Shown piece by piece: positions 47,260 through 57,000 of a stretch of 64,000 nt of DNA. How positions within the stretch are numbered: the first letter of the stretch is position 1; each line of letters begins with the position of its first letter. Made by a program: the position numbers and the translations under genes. The stretch lies in assembly GCA_016214995.1 (NCBI GenBank), contig JACRML010000058.1:4194-68193 (forward strand). Reading direction: 5' to 3'. The notes below the pieces were generated by a model. It saw nothing but the letters and a program-made list of their open reading frames with translations, searched no databases and had not been told where the DNA came from. Source of the stretch: Deltaproteobacteria bacterium (GTDB taxonomy: Bacteria; Desulfobacterota; GWC2-55-46; UBA9637).

Positions 47260-48073
47260 GTTGCAAGTCTTGAGTCTTGAATCTATCTTTATAGATTTCT
47301 GCCATTGTCTTTAACAAAGAGCCTCTGCCAAGACTTTTATCACCATCTTTGAATGGATTGCCTGCGCCAATGGATTTCATGGTTTTTAACAATGCCCACA
47401 TATCAGGATAGGTCTTCATCATCTTCGTTGTTTCAATGGATATGTTTTTAAAGCCCACACTTTCAAGAACGGATTGGATGGCCTTCTTTTCTGAAAAATC
47501 CATAAATGGCGGCAGGCCATTTTTATTAAATTTGGCCAATGTCTTGGCATAACAATACCTTAATTCCTTCAATGTCTCTGGCCCAAGGGTAGAAAACATG
47601 AATATGCCGCCGGGTCTCAAAATCCGGTGCGCCTCTTTAAAAGACCCTTCTAAATTGCCAATCCACTGGTATGTAAGATTTGAAGCTGCGATATCAAAGG
47701 TATCATTCTTGCAAGGTAATATTTCTCCGTCAGTGGTTATAAGATGTATTTTTTTATCCCTTGCAACTTGTAACTTGCAACTCGCAACTTTGAGCATATC
47801 ATGGCTGATATCACAGCCGAATATATCTGCATCCGGAAATTTATCTGCAAGACCGTATGAAAGAAAGCCTGTGCCGCAACCGATGTCAATAATAGTGGTG
47901 AGTGATGAGTGGTGAGTGTTAAGTGGTAAGACAAAACTATTCAATAGTTCATCTGCTACTTCTTTTTGGAAAAGAGCAATGGTGTCGTACTTGATTGCGG
48001 CTTTTGAGAACGATGCTCGTATCTTGTCTTTTAATTGCCGACCCCTGAATGCTGGTTGCTGATAGCTGCTCAT
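47198..48073 (-). CDS. bioC: Malonyl-ACP O-methyltransferase-like
   Basis: IIDIGCGTGFLSYGLADKFPDADIFGCDISHDML; SNLTYQWIGN; biotin operon. Confidence 0.88.
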   Translation of the reverse strand: MSSYQQPAFRGRQLKDKIRASFSKAAIKYDTIALFQKEVADELLNSFVLPLNTHHSSLTTIIDIGCGTGFLSYGLADKFPDADIFGCDISHDMLKVASCKLQVARDKKIHLITTDGEILPCKNDTFDIAASNLTYQWIGNLEGSFKEAHRILRPGGIFMFSTLGPETLKELRYCYAKTLAKFNKNGLPPFMDFSEKKAIQSVLESVGFKNISIETTKMMKTYPDMWALLKTMKSIGAGNPFKDGDKSLGRGSLLKTMAEIYKDRFKTQDLQLATCNYVYATYEVMFVHAEK

Positions 48074-48951
48074 AATGTCTCTATGAAACCTTTTACAATT
48101 TTGTTGAACTCTTTCGGCCTTGTCAAAAACGGGGCATGGCCTGCGTCTTTGAATATCTCAAGCCTTGCATCAGGCAGATTCTTAGCAAGATACCTTCCGG
48201 TATCAACAGGGCAGACATTATCTTTTTCGCCGTGCATGATAAGAGCAGGAATCTTTATATCAGGAATAATATCCTTTAAATCAATTGCCAAAAGCGCCTC
48301 AAGGGATGTAACAGCGCTATCACAAAAGGGTTTCGTGCGAGGTTTTTTATAAAGCTCTATAAACCATCTTGCGTCAGGGCTTAAAAGTTCATCCTCTGTA
48401 AAATTCAATGGATAAAACCTCTCCATTGTTCCTGCAAAGTTCTTCTTCATATCCTTGAGCATCCGTTTTGCCACACCTGCAGATTGCCCAAATAGAAAAT
48501 CTCTTTTTGCAGTAAAACATGGCGATACTCCGATGAGCACTAGTCCTTTAAAGCAGCCGGGCATTTTTGCTGCTACTTCTAAAAGGGTCTGACCGCCCAG
48601 AGACCAGCCGATGCCGATAAAACCAGTGAACTGTGAATCGTGAACTGTAAACTGTAAAAGCTTTTCAACGGCAGGCTTAAGTGTTGGTTCAAACCATACA
48701 TCTGTTTCGCCGTGTCCGGGAAGGTCTATGGTAATGACCTGATGATTTTTTGAAAATTCTTCTAACTGATATTTCCATACCCTTGAATCTGTTGCCCAGC
48801 CGTGGAGGAAGAGAAGTGCGGAATCGGGGAAAGAGCGACAGGGAGAATCGGAGAAAGAAAGAATTCTCTGTTTCCCCGTTTCCCCGTTTCCCCGTTTCTC
48901 TATTTCCCGCTGTCGCTCTTTAATTTCTGTAGCTTTAAGCAAAATTAGCAA
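48070..48951 (-). CDS. bioH: Alpha/beta hydrolase, probable pimeloyl-ACP methyl ester esterase
   Basis: LLFLHGWATDSRVW; GIGWSLGGQT; HGEKDNVCP; DAGHAPFLTRP; biotin operon. Confidence 0.8.
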   Translation of the reverse strand: MLILLKATEIKERQREIEKRGNGETGKQRILSFSDSPCRSFPDSALLFLHGWATDSRVWKYQLEEFSKNHQVITIDLPGHGETDVWFEPTLKPAVEKLLQFTVHDSQFTGFIGIGWSLGGQTLLEVAAKMPGCFKGLVLIGVSPCFTAKRDFLFGQSAGVAKRMLKDMKKNFAGTMERFYPLNFTEDELLSPDARWFIELYKKPRTKPFCDSAVTSLEALLAIDLKDIIPDIKIPALIMHGEKDNVCPVDTGRYLAKNLPDARLEIFKDAGHAPFLTRPKEFNKIVKGFIETL

Positions 48952-50137
48952 CCGTTTCCTTTATGGTTTCCAGTGCATATTCCAAATCGTCCCATGAGTG
49001 GTTTGCCATCAGGGTAATTCTCAGCCTGCTTGTATTGTCTGGAACTGTTGGCGGTCTTATGGCCTGAACAAATATCCCTTTATCCAGAAGGTTCTTGCTT
49101 ATCTGAACTGCCTTGTCAGCCTTGCCAATCAATACGGGAATAATCTGTGTTTCTGAATTCATAATATCAAGGCCTGCGTTTTTAAGGCCGTCCCTAAAGA
49201 ACTTAACCCTATCCCATAAATTCTGTCTTAACTGCGGTTCATTTTCTATTATATCTATTGCAGCAATGCTCGCTGCGCATACAGACGGAGGAAGGCTTGT
49301 GGTATAGATAAAAGAGCGGGCTTTATTTATGAGATAGTCTATAAGTTTTTTACTGCCCGCTGCATAAGCTCCGAAACAGCCCAGCGCCTTTCCGAGTGTT
49401 CCCATCTGGATTATGCTTGTCCCGTTATGTCTTAAAACGGGATTTGGATTATCTATGCCAAAATGCTCTAATGTTCCTTTGCCATTGCTGCCAAGAACCC
49501 CTGTTGCATGGGCATCGTCAACCATGAGCATACAACCATATCTATCTGCCAGTTCTGAAAGTTCTTTTAAGGGGGCGATGTCTCCGTCCATGCTGAAAAT
49601 GCCGTCGGTAATGATGAGTTTGGAGTTTGGAGTTCGGAGTTCGGAGTTCTTTTTCAGGAGACCTTCCAGCGCATTTACATCGCCATGTGGATACCGCTTA
49701 ACCTCTGCCCTGCTCAGGATGCAGGCATCCACAATTGAGGCATGGTTTAATTTATCTGAAAATATTAAATCGCCTCTGCCAGCAAGGGCTGTAATAATTC
49801 CGATATTTGCATGATAGCCTGAATTGAATACAAGTGCTGCCTCTGTGCCTTTGAATCTGGCAAGCCTTTGTTCAAGCTCATTATGAGGCTCCATATTGCC
49901 TGATACAAGTCTTGATGCGCCAGAGCCAAAACCATATTTTTCAATGGCCAAGATTGCAGCCTCTTTTATTTTTGGATGGTTGGCAAGTCCGAGATAGTTG
50001 TTAGAGCAGAGGAGGATAACATCTTTACCATCTATATTTACCCTCGGCTCCTGCTTTCTTTCTATAAGACGCAGATTGCGATAGAGACCGGCATTTTTGA
50101 GCCGAGATAGTTCTTTGTCTATAAGATTTGTCAACAT
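48935..50137 (-). CDS. bioF: 8-amino-7-oxononanoate synthase
   Basis: LLCSNNYLGLANHP; SGASRLVSG; DDAHATGVLG; TLGKALGCFGAY. Confidence 0.95.
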   Translation of the reverse strand: MLTNLIDKELSRLKNAGLYRNLRLIERKQEPRVNIDGKDVILLCSNNYLGLANHPKIKEAAILAIEKYGFGSGASRLVSGNMEPHNELEQRLARFKGTEAALVFNSGYHANIGIITALAGRGDLIFSDKLNHASIVDACILSRAEVKRYPHGDVNALEGLLKKNSELRTPNSKLIITDGIFSMDGDIAPLKELSELADRYGCMLMVDDAHATGVLGSNGKGTLEHFGIDNPNPVLRHNGTSIIQMGTLGKALGCFGAYAAGSKKLIDYLINKARSFIYTTSLPPSVCAASIAAIDIIENEPQLRQNLWDRVKFFRDGLKNAGLDIMNSETQIIPVLIGKADKAVQISKNLLDKGIFVQAIRPPTVPDNTSRLRITLMANHSWDDLEYALETIKETVANFA

Positions 50138-50214
50138 TGTAGAAAAGTGTTAAAGTGTCAAAATATCGGAGTAAAACTTTGACTCTACGACACTTTGATG
50201 CTCTGATACTTCTT

Positions 50215-51198
50215 CTATCTTTTTGGCGTCAACCCCAAATCCTTCACCATCTGTAAATCCTCTTCCGGCGGTCTCCCCAGAGTTGTGAGATAATTCCCGA
50301 TCATCATGCCATTTGCGCCTGCTGCAAATATCAGACATTGCATGTCTCTGAGATTAGCCTGTCTTCCGCCGCAGATGACGATATCCTTTGCCGGAAGCAT
50401 AAAACGAAAAAGTGCAATTATTTTGAGGCATTCTATTGGGGTTAAATTGTTTGCATTTTCCAGAGGTGTCCCCGGCCTTGGATTTAAGAAATTTATGGGA
50501 ATGGAATCAACATCCAGCCCCCGAAGGGTCGTTGCCAGTTCTACCCTCTGTTCTCGTGATTCGCCGAGGCCAAACACTCCGCCGCAGCATGTATAAAGCC
50601 CAAGCCTTTTGGCTGTTCTTACGGTGTTGACATCTTCTTCATAATCATGGGTTGTGCATATATTGGGGAAAAAGCTTCTGGCTGTTTCAAGATTGTGGTG
50701 GTAGCTTTGAAGGCCTGCGTCTTTTAGTTTCTGCAGGGTTTCGGCATTCATAATGCCAAGAGAGGCGCATCTTTCCACAGGCATTTCATTTTTCATGTTT
50801 TTAAGCGCCTCAATAAGTACAGCAACATCACTGTCTTTATTGACTGATGTGCCGCTGGTTACAATAGAAAACTCCCTTGCGCCGTTCAGTGAAGCAGCCT
50901 TTGCTGTCTCAACAATCTTTTGAGGCTCTGTCATTGGATATGTCTTAACGCCTGTATCATAATGAACAGACTGGCTGCAAAAGGTGCAGTTCTCTGCACA
51001 AAGCCCGCTCTTTGCATTTATTATGGAGCAGAGATTTACCTCATTGCCTTTGAAAAACTTGCGAACCTTTTCGCTGGAGGCAAGGATATCAAAGAAGTGG
51101 CTAACCGGCAGATTTATCAGCTCACACCCTTCATCATAGGAAAGGCCTTCTCCTTTCAGGGCCTTCTCCTCAAACCGCTTTATAGTTGCTCTAATCAT
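50215..51198 (-). CDS. bioB: Biotin synthase
   Basis: INAKSGLCAENCTFCSQS radical SAM Cys triad; track ORF (to 51432) overextended; start MIRATIKRF at 51198 or MLLKFAMI at 51216. Confidence 0.95.
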   Translation of the reverse strand: MIRATIKRFEEKALKGEGLSYDEGCELINLPVSHFFDILASSEKVRKFFKGNEVNLCSIINAKSGLCAENCTFCSQSVHYDTGVKTYPMTEPQKIVETAKAASLNGAREFSIVTSGTSVNKDSDVAVLIEALKNMKNEMPVERCASLGIMNAETLQKLKDAGLQSYHHNLETARSFFPNICTTHDYEEDVNTVRTAKRLGLYTCCGGVFGLGESREQRVELATTLRGLDVDSIPINFLNPRPGTPLENANNLTPIECLKIIALFRFMLPAKDIVICGGRQANLRDMQCLIFAAGANGMMIGNYLTTLGRPPEEDLQMVKDLGLTPKR

Positions 51199-51228
51199 AG
51201 CGAATTTTAATAACATACGGCCGAAGGT

Positions 51229-51263
51229 ATTGTCAACCAATATAAGTATATATGGTTGACAAT
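51229..51263. promoter_or_regulatory. BirA operator (bio box) between bioB and nadB
   Basis: ATTGTCAACC-AATATAAGTATATAT(15 nt)-GGTTGACAAT perfect inverted repeat matching the known TTGTNAACC-N14-16-GGTTNACAA class. Confidence 0.9.
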
Positions 51264-51307
51264 GTGGGTGGTTGACATTTTTATTATAATATCTTACGCT
51301 TTTGAAC

Positions 51308-52897
51308 ATGGAAGTAAAATCAGACTTTCTTGTCATAGGAAGCGGGATAGCAGGCCTAAGTTTTGCGCTAAAGGCTGCAAAATTTGGAACTGTCTCTCTG
51401 GTTACAAAACGGGAAGAACGGGAATCCGCCACCTTCTATGCCCAGGGAGGCATAGCATCAGTTCTTAGCGCCGAGGATAGTTTTGAAGCCCATATAAAGG
51501 ATACTATAAAGGCAGGCGCCGGCCTGTGTCATCCCGCTATTGTTGAAATGGTGGTAAAAGACGGCCCAAGCCGGACATTAGAGCTGATGGAACTCGGCGC
51601 GCATTTTACCAAAAGGGTGGTAAATAACGTAGAAGAGTTAGACCTTGGAAAAGAAGGCGGCCATTCAAAGCGGCGGATAGTTCATGCAAAAGATATGACA
51701 GGTCAGGAGATAGAGGAAGCGCTTTTAAAAGCCGCTAAAGCCGAGAAAAATATCACCATCTATGAAAATCACATTGCAATAGATCTGATAACCCATTCCA
51801 AATTCGTGGAAAAGCTGAACGGCGATACCTGCTGGGGCGCTTATATACTGAATAAAAAGAGCGGCGATGTCCACACATTTTTAGCCAAGGGCACAATCCT
51901 TGCCACCGGCGGGGCAGGAAAGGTTTATCTGTTTACCAGCAATCCCGATATTGCAACAGGAGACGGCATTGCAATGGCACGCAGGGCAGGCGCAAGCATA
52001 GCGAATATGGAATTCATTCAATTCCACCCGACCTGCCTGTATCATTCCAAAGCCAAAAGCTTTCTAATTTCTGAGGCAGTAAGAGGCGAAGGCGGCATCT
52101 TAAGGCTAAAAGACGGGACACCATTCATGGCAAATTATCATCCTATGAAAGATCTGGCCCCGCGGGATATTGTTGCGCGGGCTATTGACTTTGAGCTTAA
52201 AAAAAGCGGCGCCGACTGCGTTTATCTGGACATAACACATAAAGACCCTGCATTTATAAAAACACGATTCCCAAACCTATATGAAAAGTGCCTTTGCTTT
52301 GGTTTTGATATGACAAAAGAACCTATCCCGGTGGTTCCTGCTGCGCATTATATCTGCGGAGGGGTTTTGACAAATGATTGCGGCGAAAGTTCAATTAAAA
52401 GGCTCTTTGCCATCGGTGAAACGGCCTGCACAGGTCTGCATGGAGCCAACCGCCTGGCATCCAACTCACTTTTGGAAGCGATTGTTTTTGCAAACAGGAC
52501 GTGCATCAAGGCAAAAGAGCTTGCTGCCAAAGATGCCGCAATTCCAGGAATACCGGCATGGCAGACAGGTGGAGCAGTCAACAGCGACGAGGCTGTTATC
52601 ATCTCGCAAAACTGGGATGAGGTAAGGCGGTTTATGTGGAATTATGTCGGCATAGCCCGTTCAAATAAAAGGTTAGACAGGGCGCACAGACGGATAGAAA
52701 ATCTCAAAGCCGAAATAAACGAATATTACTGGAATTTTACTGTAACAAGCGACCTCCTTGAGCTGAGAAATATTGCTACAGTAGCAGAGCTTATTATAAA
52801 ATGTGCTATGATGAGAAAGGAGAGCCGGGGTCTTCATTATAATATAGACTACCCGGAAACAGACGACAAAAATTGGAAAAGGGATACAATTATATGA
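51308..52897 (+). CDS. nadB: L-aspartate oxidase
   Basis: [29 protein letters not shown]; [15 protein letters not shown]; [28 protein letters not shown]-like region. Confidence 0.95.
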   Translation: MEVKSDFLVIGSGIAGLSFALKAAKFGTVSLVTKREERESATFYAQGGIASVLSAEDSFEAHIKDTIKAGAGLCHPAIVEMVVKDGPSRTLELMELGAHFTKRVVNNVEELDLGKEGGHSKRRIVHAKDMTGQEIEEALLKAAKAEKNITIYENHIAIDLITHSKFVEKLNGDTCWGAYILNKKSGDVHTFLAKGTILATGGAGKVYLFTSNPDIATGDGIAMARRAGASIANMEFIQFHPTCLYHSKAKSFLISEAVRGEGGILRLKDGTPFMANYHPMKDLAPRDIVARAIDFELKKSGADCVYLDITHKDPAFIKTRFPNLYEKCLCFGFDMTKEPIPVVPAAHYICGGVLTNDCGESSIKRLFAIGETACTGLHGANRLASNSLLEAIVFANRTCIKAKELAAKDAAIPGIPAWQTGGAVNSDEAVIISQNWDEVRRFMWNYVGIARSNKRLDRAHRRIENLKAEINEYYWNFTVTSDLLELRNIATVAELIIKCAMMRKESRGLHYNIDYPETDDKNWKRDTII

Positions 52898-53307
52898 AGA
52901 CATTTACAGAATATCTCTACATGGAAACCAAGAAAAAGAGAGAATATATCAATGTTACAGATAAAGTAGAAGATATTGTAAAAAAGAGCGGCATTGAAGA
53001 CGGGATGGCGCTTGTGTCTGCCATGCATATAACCGCAGGGGTTTATGTAAATGACGCAGAATCAGGGCTTATTCAGGATATAGATGATTGGCTTCAGAGG
53101 CTCGCCCCGGAGGGGCTGGACTACAGACATCATAGAACAGGTGAGACCAATGGTGATGCACATTTGAAGAATCTGCTTATCGGTCATCAGATAATTATTC
53201 CCGTAACAAAAGGGCGGCTTGATTTGGGCCCCTGGCAGCAGGTCTATTATGCAGAATTTGACGGTCAGAGGAAAAAAAGGGTAGTTGTGAAGGTGATGGG
53301 GAAATAG
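52873..53307 (+). CDS. YjbQ/UPF0047 family protein
   Basis: [18 protein letters not shown]; [19 protein letters not shown]; [31 protein letters not shown]. Confidence 0.92.
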   Translation: MEKGYNYMKTFTEYLYMETKKKREYINVTDKVEDIVKKSGIEDGMALVSAMHITAGVYVNDAESGLIQDIDDWLQRLAPEGLDYRHHRTGETNGDAHLKNLLIGHQIIIPVTKGRLDLGPWQQVYYAEFDGQRKKRVVVKVMGK

Positions 53308-53482
53308 TAAATACAGTAGGCAGTATGCAGTAAGGAGTATGCAGTAAAAAAACAGAAGATGATAGGTTGAGAAATTGAGAAGTTAAGAATTTTCACCCTC
53401 TTGTCGTTTCAGTTTCTTATCCTCTTAACTTCTTTTCCTCTTTTCTGCCTACTGCTTACTGTCTACTGCCTACTTTTTAAGA

Positions 53483-53716
53483 TTATTCAACCACGACATT
53501 GGTAAGGGTTTTCCTTACCCCTGCCACTCCCTGAATTTTCTTTATTACAACATCGCCCAAGACCCTGAAATTTGATGCAGTTACATAAGCAATAACATCA
53601 TAAGGGCCTGTTACGGCATGTGCCTCCCTTACGCCGCCTATATTGCTTATCTTATCTGCCGCTGACATTGACTTACCGTGTTCACATTCTATAAAGACAT
53701 AGGCTGAAACCGACAT
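53483..53716 (-). CDS. Stand-alone Lrp/AsnC ligand-binding (RAM-like) domain protein
   Basis: MSVSAYVFIECEHGKSMSAADKISNIGGVREAHAVTGPYDVIAYV. Confidence 0.9.
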   Translation of the reverse strand: MSVSAYVFIECEHGKSMSAADKISNIGGVREAHAVTGPYDVIAYVTASNFRVLGDVVIKKIQGVAGVRKTLTNVVVE

Positions 53717-54050
53717 TATATCCTCCCGTTATCCCAAAAAATGCAGTTTTCGCATCATACTGCATTCTGTGAATATCTAGTCAGGAATATATTGTAAGTC
53801 TATATCAAACCTTATCGGTTGTCAATTATTTTACCACTTCCGGTAAAACCAATTTAGAAACATTTCCAAATTGGCTAAATAGGACATTATCATTTTGACG
53901 TTACACCCTGTTATAAAATATCCTTTTATAAAGCAACAGGGTAAAGGAAAAATTGATGTTATTTGGCGGGATAAAAACCAGACATGTAAGCAGCGCAGAA
54001 ACATATGGTGTGCCCATTGCTCTGCAATGGGCCAGACATTTTAAGCTGAA

Positions 54051-54905
54051 CTAATTCTCTAAATTTGCCAACATCTTAAGTTTCTTTATATTCTTAAGCT
54101 TTGTTACAGCCTCTTTTTCTATCTGCCGTACCCTTTCTCTGCTTACACAAAGCCTGTCTCCTATCTCCTGCAGAGTTAGGGAGGGTTCTTTCATCATCCT
54201 GTTTTCTATGACATATCGTTCTTTCTTGTTCAGAGTTGAAAGGGCATTTAATATCTCGTCCTTCACAACGTTTTGTTCCTGAACAGCCAGGGCAGCATCC
54301 TCCGGGTTAAGTGACGTATCGGGAAGCATATCAAGATATGTAGTTCCTTCCTCTCCCTGATTGGTCGAAACTTGATTATCCAACGATAGGTCGCGATATT
54401 CGGCATCCTCTCCCTTTTCCCAGTCACCTGTCACCAGATTCCCGGCGCCAGTTTCAAACCTTGCGTCTGATGACTTGTGACTTGTGTCTTGTAACTTGCG
54501 ACTCTCAAGCCGATAAAAAAGTTTCTTTTTAAGGGCAGCAACACCTTTATTAACAAGATTCCAATTCTTTAGTATAAACGCCTGAATATGAGACCTTATC
54601 CACCAAACTGCATAAGTGATAAGACGGCAGCCTTTGAAAGGGTCGAATTTCTTTACCGCCTTCATAAGCCCGATATTCCCCTCTTGTATAAGGTCAGCCA
54701 GCCTGAACCCATACTCCCTGTACTCCATTGCAATCTTCACAACAAATCTTAGATTTGAGGTTATAAGCTTATGGGCAGCATCAAGGTTGTTTTGTTTTCT
54801 GAAACGGACAGCAAGCTCAAACTCCTCTTTCATTGATAGAAGCGGGAACCTGTTTGCCTGAATAAGATATGATTGAATAGAATTTAATAGTACAATCTGT
54901 GTCAT
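54051..54905 (-). CDS. rpoH: RpoH/sigma-32-like sigma factor
   Basis: LITSNLRFVVKIAMEYREYGFRLADLIQEGNIGLMKAVKKFDPFKGCRLITYAVWWIRSHIQAFILKNW; C-term HTH. Confidence 0.9.
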   Translation of the reverse strand: MTQIVLLNSIQSYLIQANRFPLLSMKEEFELAVRFRKQNNLDAAHKLITSNLRFVVKIAMEYREYGFRLADLIQEGNIGLMKAVKKFDPFKGCRLITYAVWWIRSHIQAFILKNWNLVNKGVAALKKKLFYRLESRKLQDTSHKSSDARFETGAGNLVTGDWEKGEDAEYRDLSLDNQVSTNQGEEGTTYLDMLPDTSLNPEDAALAVQEQNVVKDEILNALSTLNKKERYVIENRMMKEPSLTLQEIGDRLCVSRERVRQIEKEAVTKLKNIKKLKMLANLEN

Positions 54906-55078
54906 AATTCACACCCACTCTCAAAAAATATGAGGATAAGGTAACCAGCTAAACCTTATCATCAGTCAAAATTGAACTGAATATTGGCAAATCTTTTCAG
55001 GGGTTCTAAACATGATATGAATGAGCTAAGCAGAGAGATGGGTGGGGCAGAGGCATTGCTTTGTTCTGCCCCTCTCCT

Positions 55079-55477
<399 letters not shown>

Positions 55478-55520
55478 TCATGTTTTTACAGTTCACCGCT
55501 CACAGTTTACTGTATATAAT

Positions 55521-56231
55521 TTAATGCGCTTCTTCCAATGCACTTCCAATATACATCATGCTGAGCAAGGAAAATATAAATGCCTGAATAAATGCCACAA
55601 GCACGCCAAGGGCAGTGGAAAGTGCCAGCAGCGGATAGGCCAGATGCATGAGCAAAAGCAGCACGCCAACAATAAGTTCATGTCCCATAATATTTCCAAA
55701 AAGACGCAAAGACAAGGAAACAGGCCTGACCAAATGGCTGATAGTTTCCACAAATATCATCAGTGGGGTCATAACTATCATGAGAATAAAGGGAAGCCCT
55801 CCAATTGGTCCTATAAAATGTTTTAAGTATTTAAAGCCATGTTCCTTTATACCTATTACATGGGTAGCTATAAACACAATTACAGCAAGACCAGCCGTGG
55901 TATTAAGATTTGCTGTGGGCGGAAGCAGACCCGGTATCAAACCTAAAATATTTGAAATAAGGATATATATGCCGAATGTTGCAATAAAAGGAAAATATTT
56001 CTTGCCGTGATGCCCCATGGTCTCTTCTACCAAATTCTTAATACCTTCGACAAAAAGTTCCGCAATACTTTGGACAACACCATTGGGGACTAATTGCAAT
56101 CTCCTTGAAACAAAATAACTAAACAGGCCAAGGCACAGAATAATATAGAGCATTATAGCAGTATGCGCCGGCAAATTAAACAAAGGGAGTATAATCTCTG
56201 GGTGCATATCAGACCAATTCCTTTTTTGCAA
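55521..56231 (-). CDS. atpB: F0F1 ATP synthase subunit a
   Basis: TAGLAVIVFIATHVIGI; SLSLRLFGNIMGHELIV; ALVAFIQAFIFSLLSMMYIGSALEEAH. Confidence 0.96.
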   Translation of the reverse strand: MQKRNWSDMHPEIILPLFNLPAHTAIMLYIILCLGLFSYFVSRRLQLVPNGVVQSIAELFVEGIKNLVEETMGHHGKKYFPFIATFGIYILISNILGLIPGLLPPTANLNTTAGLAVIVFIATHVIGIKEHGFKYLKHFIGPIGGLPFILMIVMTPLMIFVETISHLVRPVSLSLRLFGNIMGHELIVGVLLLLMHLAYPLLALSTALGVLVAFIQAFIFSLLSMMYIGSALEEAH

Positions 56232-56610
56232 AATATATGGTGGATGCCATTGTAGCTGACATTATTATGCTGAAACCAATTATAAGCCCTACAGGGTTTG
56301 CGAGATTTTTTGAAACCAATACACCCACAACAAAGATTGTTGCAAAAAACCTTATATAATATCGTTTCATAATAAACAGATGTGCCTTGTCTGGCTTGAA
56401 TAAAAAACCGTTTTTTACAGTCCTTGCCATTATCGAAAGATTTATTATGCCGATGGCAGTTCCAATGAAAACACTTACAGCCGCAAAAACAGAAGCTGCC
56501 ATTGCACTGACAATAAAAGCAACTGCCGAGACAATTAAATTCCCCAATCCAACCTTCATAAATATTGGATAGAGCGCATTGAAATTAACCGTAATAGGTT
56601 TAGAAACCAT
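56209..56610 (-). CDS. ATP synthase subunit I-like membrane protein
   Basis: Four TM protein upstream of atpB. Confidence 0.65.
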   Translation of the reverse strand: MVSKPITVNFNALYPIFMKVGLGNLIVSAVAFIVSAMAASVFAAVSVFIGTAIGIINLSIMARTVKNGFLFKPDKAHLFIMKRYYIRFFATIFVVGVLVSKNLANPVGLIIGFSIIMSATMASTIYFAKKELV

Positions 56611-56818
56611 ATTTTTTTATCAATACATAGATATTTCTAAAACCGGCTGCTATGCCAATGAGCAGAAATACTATGGTAAACCATGGTTTTGTAGAAAATA
56701 CTCTGTCCAGATAAACGCCTATATAGAGACCTACAAAGGTAGCAACTACCAGGGATGTGCCGATAGACGACATCCATAACATCCTTTTAAGGAGACCTCT
56801 ATTGTTATCTTCACCCAT
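56600..56818 (-). CDS. AtpZ/AtpI-type (F0F1-ATPase gene 1) protein
   Basis: GTSLVVATFVGLYIGVYLDRVFSTKPWFTIVFLLIGIAAGFRNIYVLIKK. Confidence 0.85.
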   Translation of the reverse strand: MGEDNNRGLLKRMLWMSSIGTSLVVATFVGLYIGVYLDRVFSTKPWFTIVFLLIGIAAGFRNIYVLIKKYGF

Positions 56819-57000
56819 GGCTACCTTAAAAAGTATTTATTTCTATCACGTATTAAAATTTAAGTCAATATTTTTTTGCCTTTTTTGCCTTTTGTGAGAA
56901 AATTTAAGGCAGAGACTTCTGTGGGCCCCAAAAATGCAACTGCATTTGGGGGGATTGAGAATTTTATCAGCCTCAACCTTAATCTTGTTTTTTCTGCCTT

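Noticed and set aside
51199-51432. N-terminal extension of the bioB ORF ([15 protein letters not shown]...)
   Set aside because: Overlaps nadB on the opposite strand and covers the BirA operator; biotin synthase homology starts at about MIRATIKRF.
51256-51468. Many 60-100 aa antisense ORFs in the track (for example this one, 1993-2223, 39052-39354)
   Set aside because: They lie opposite well-supported genes, lack ribosome sites or family signatures, and appear to be shadow ORFs.
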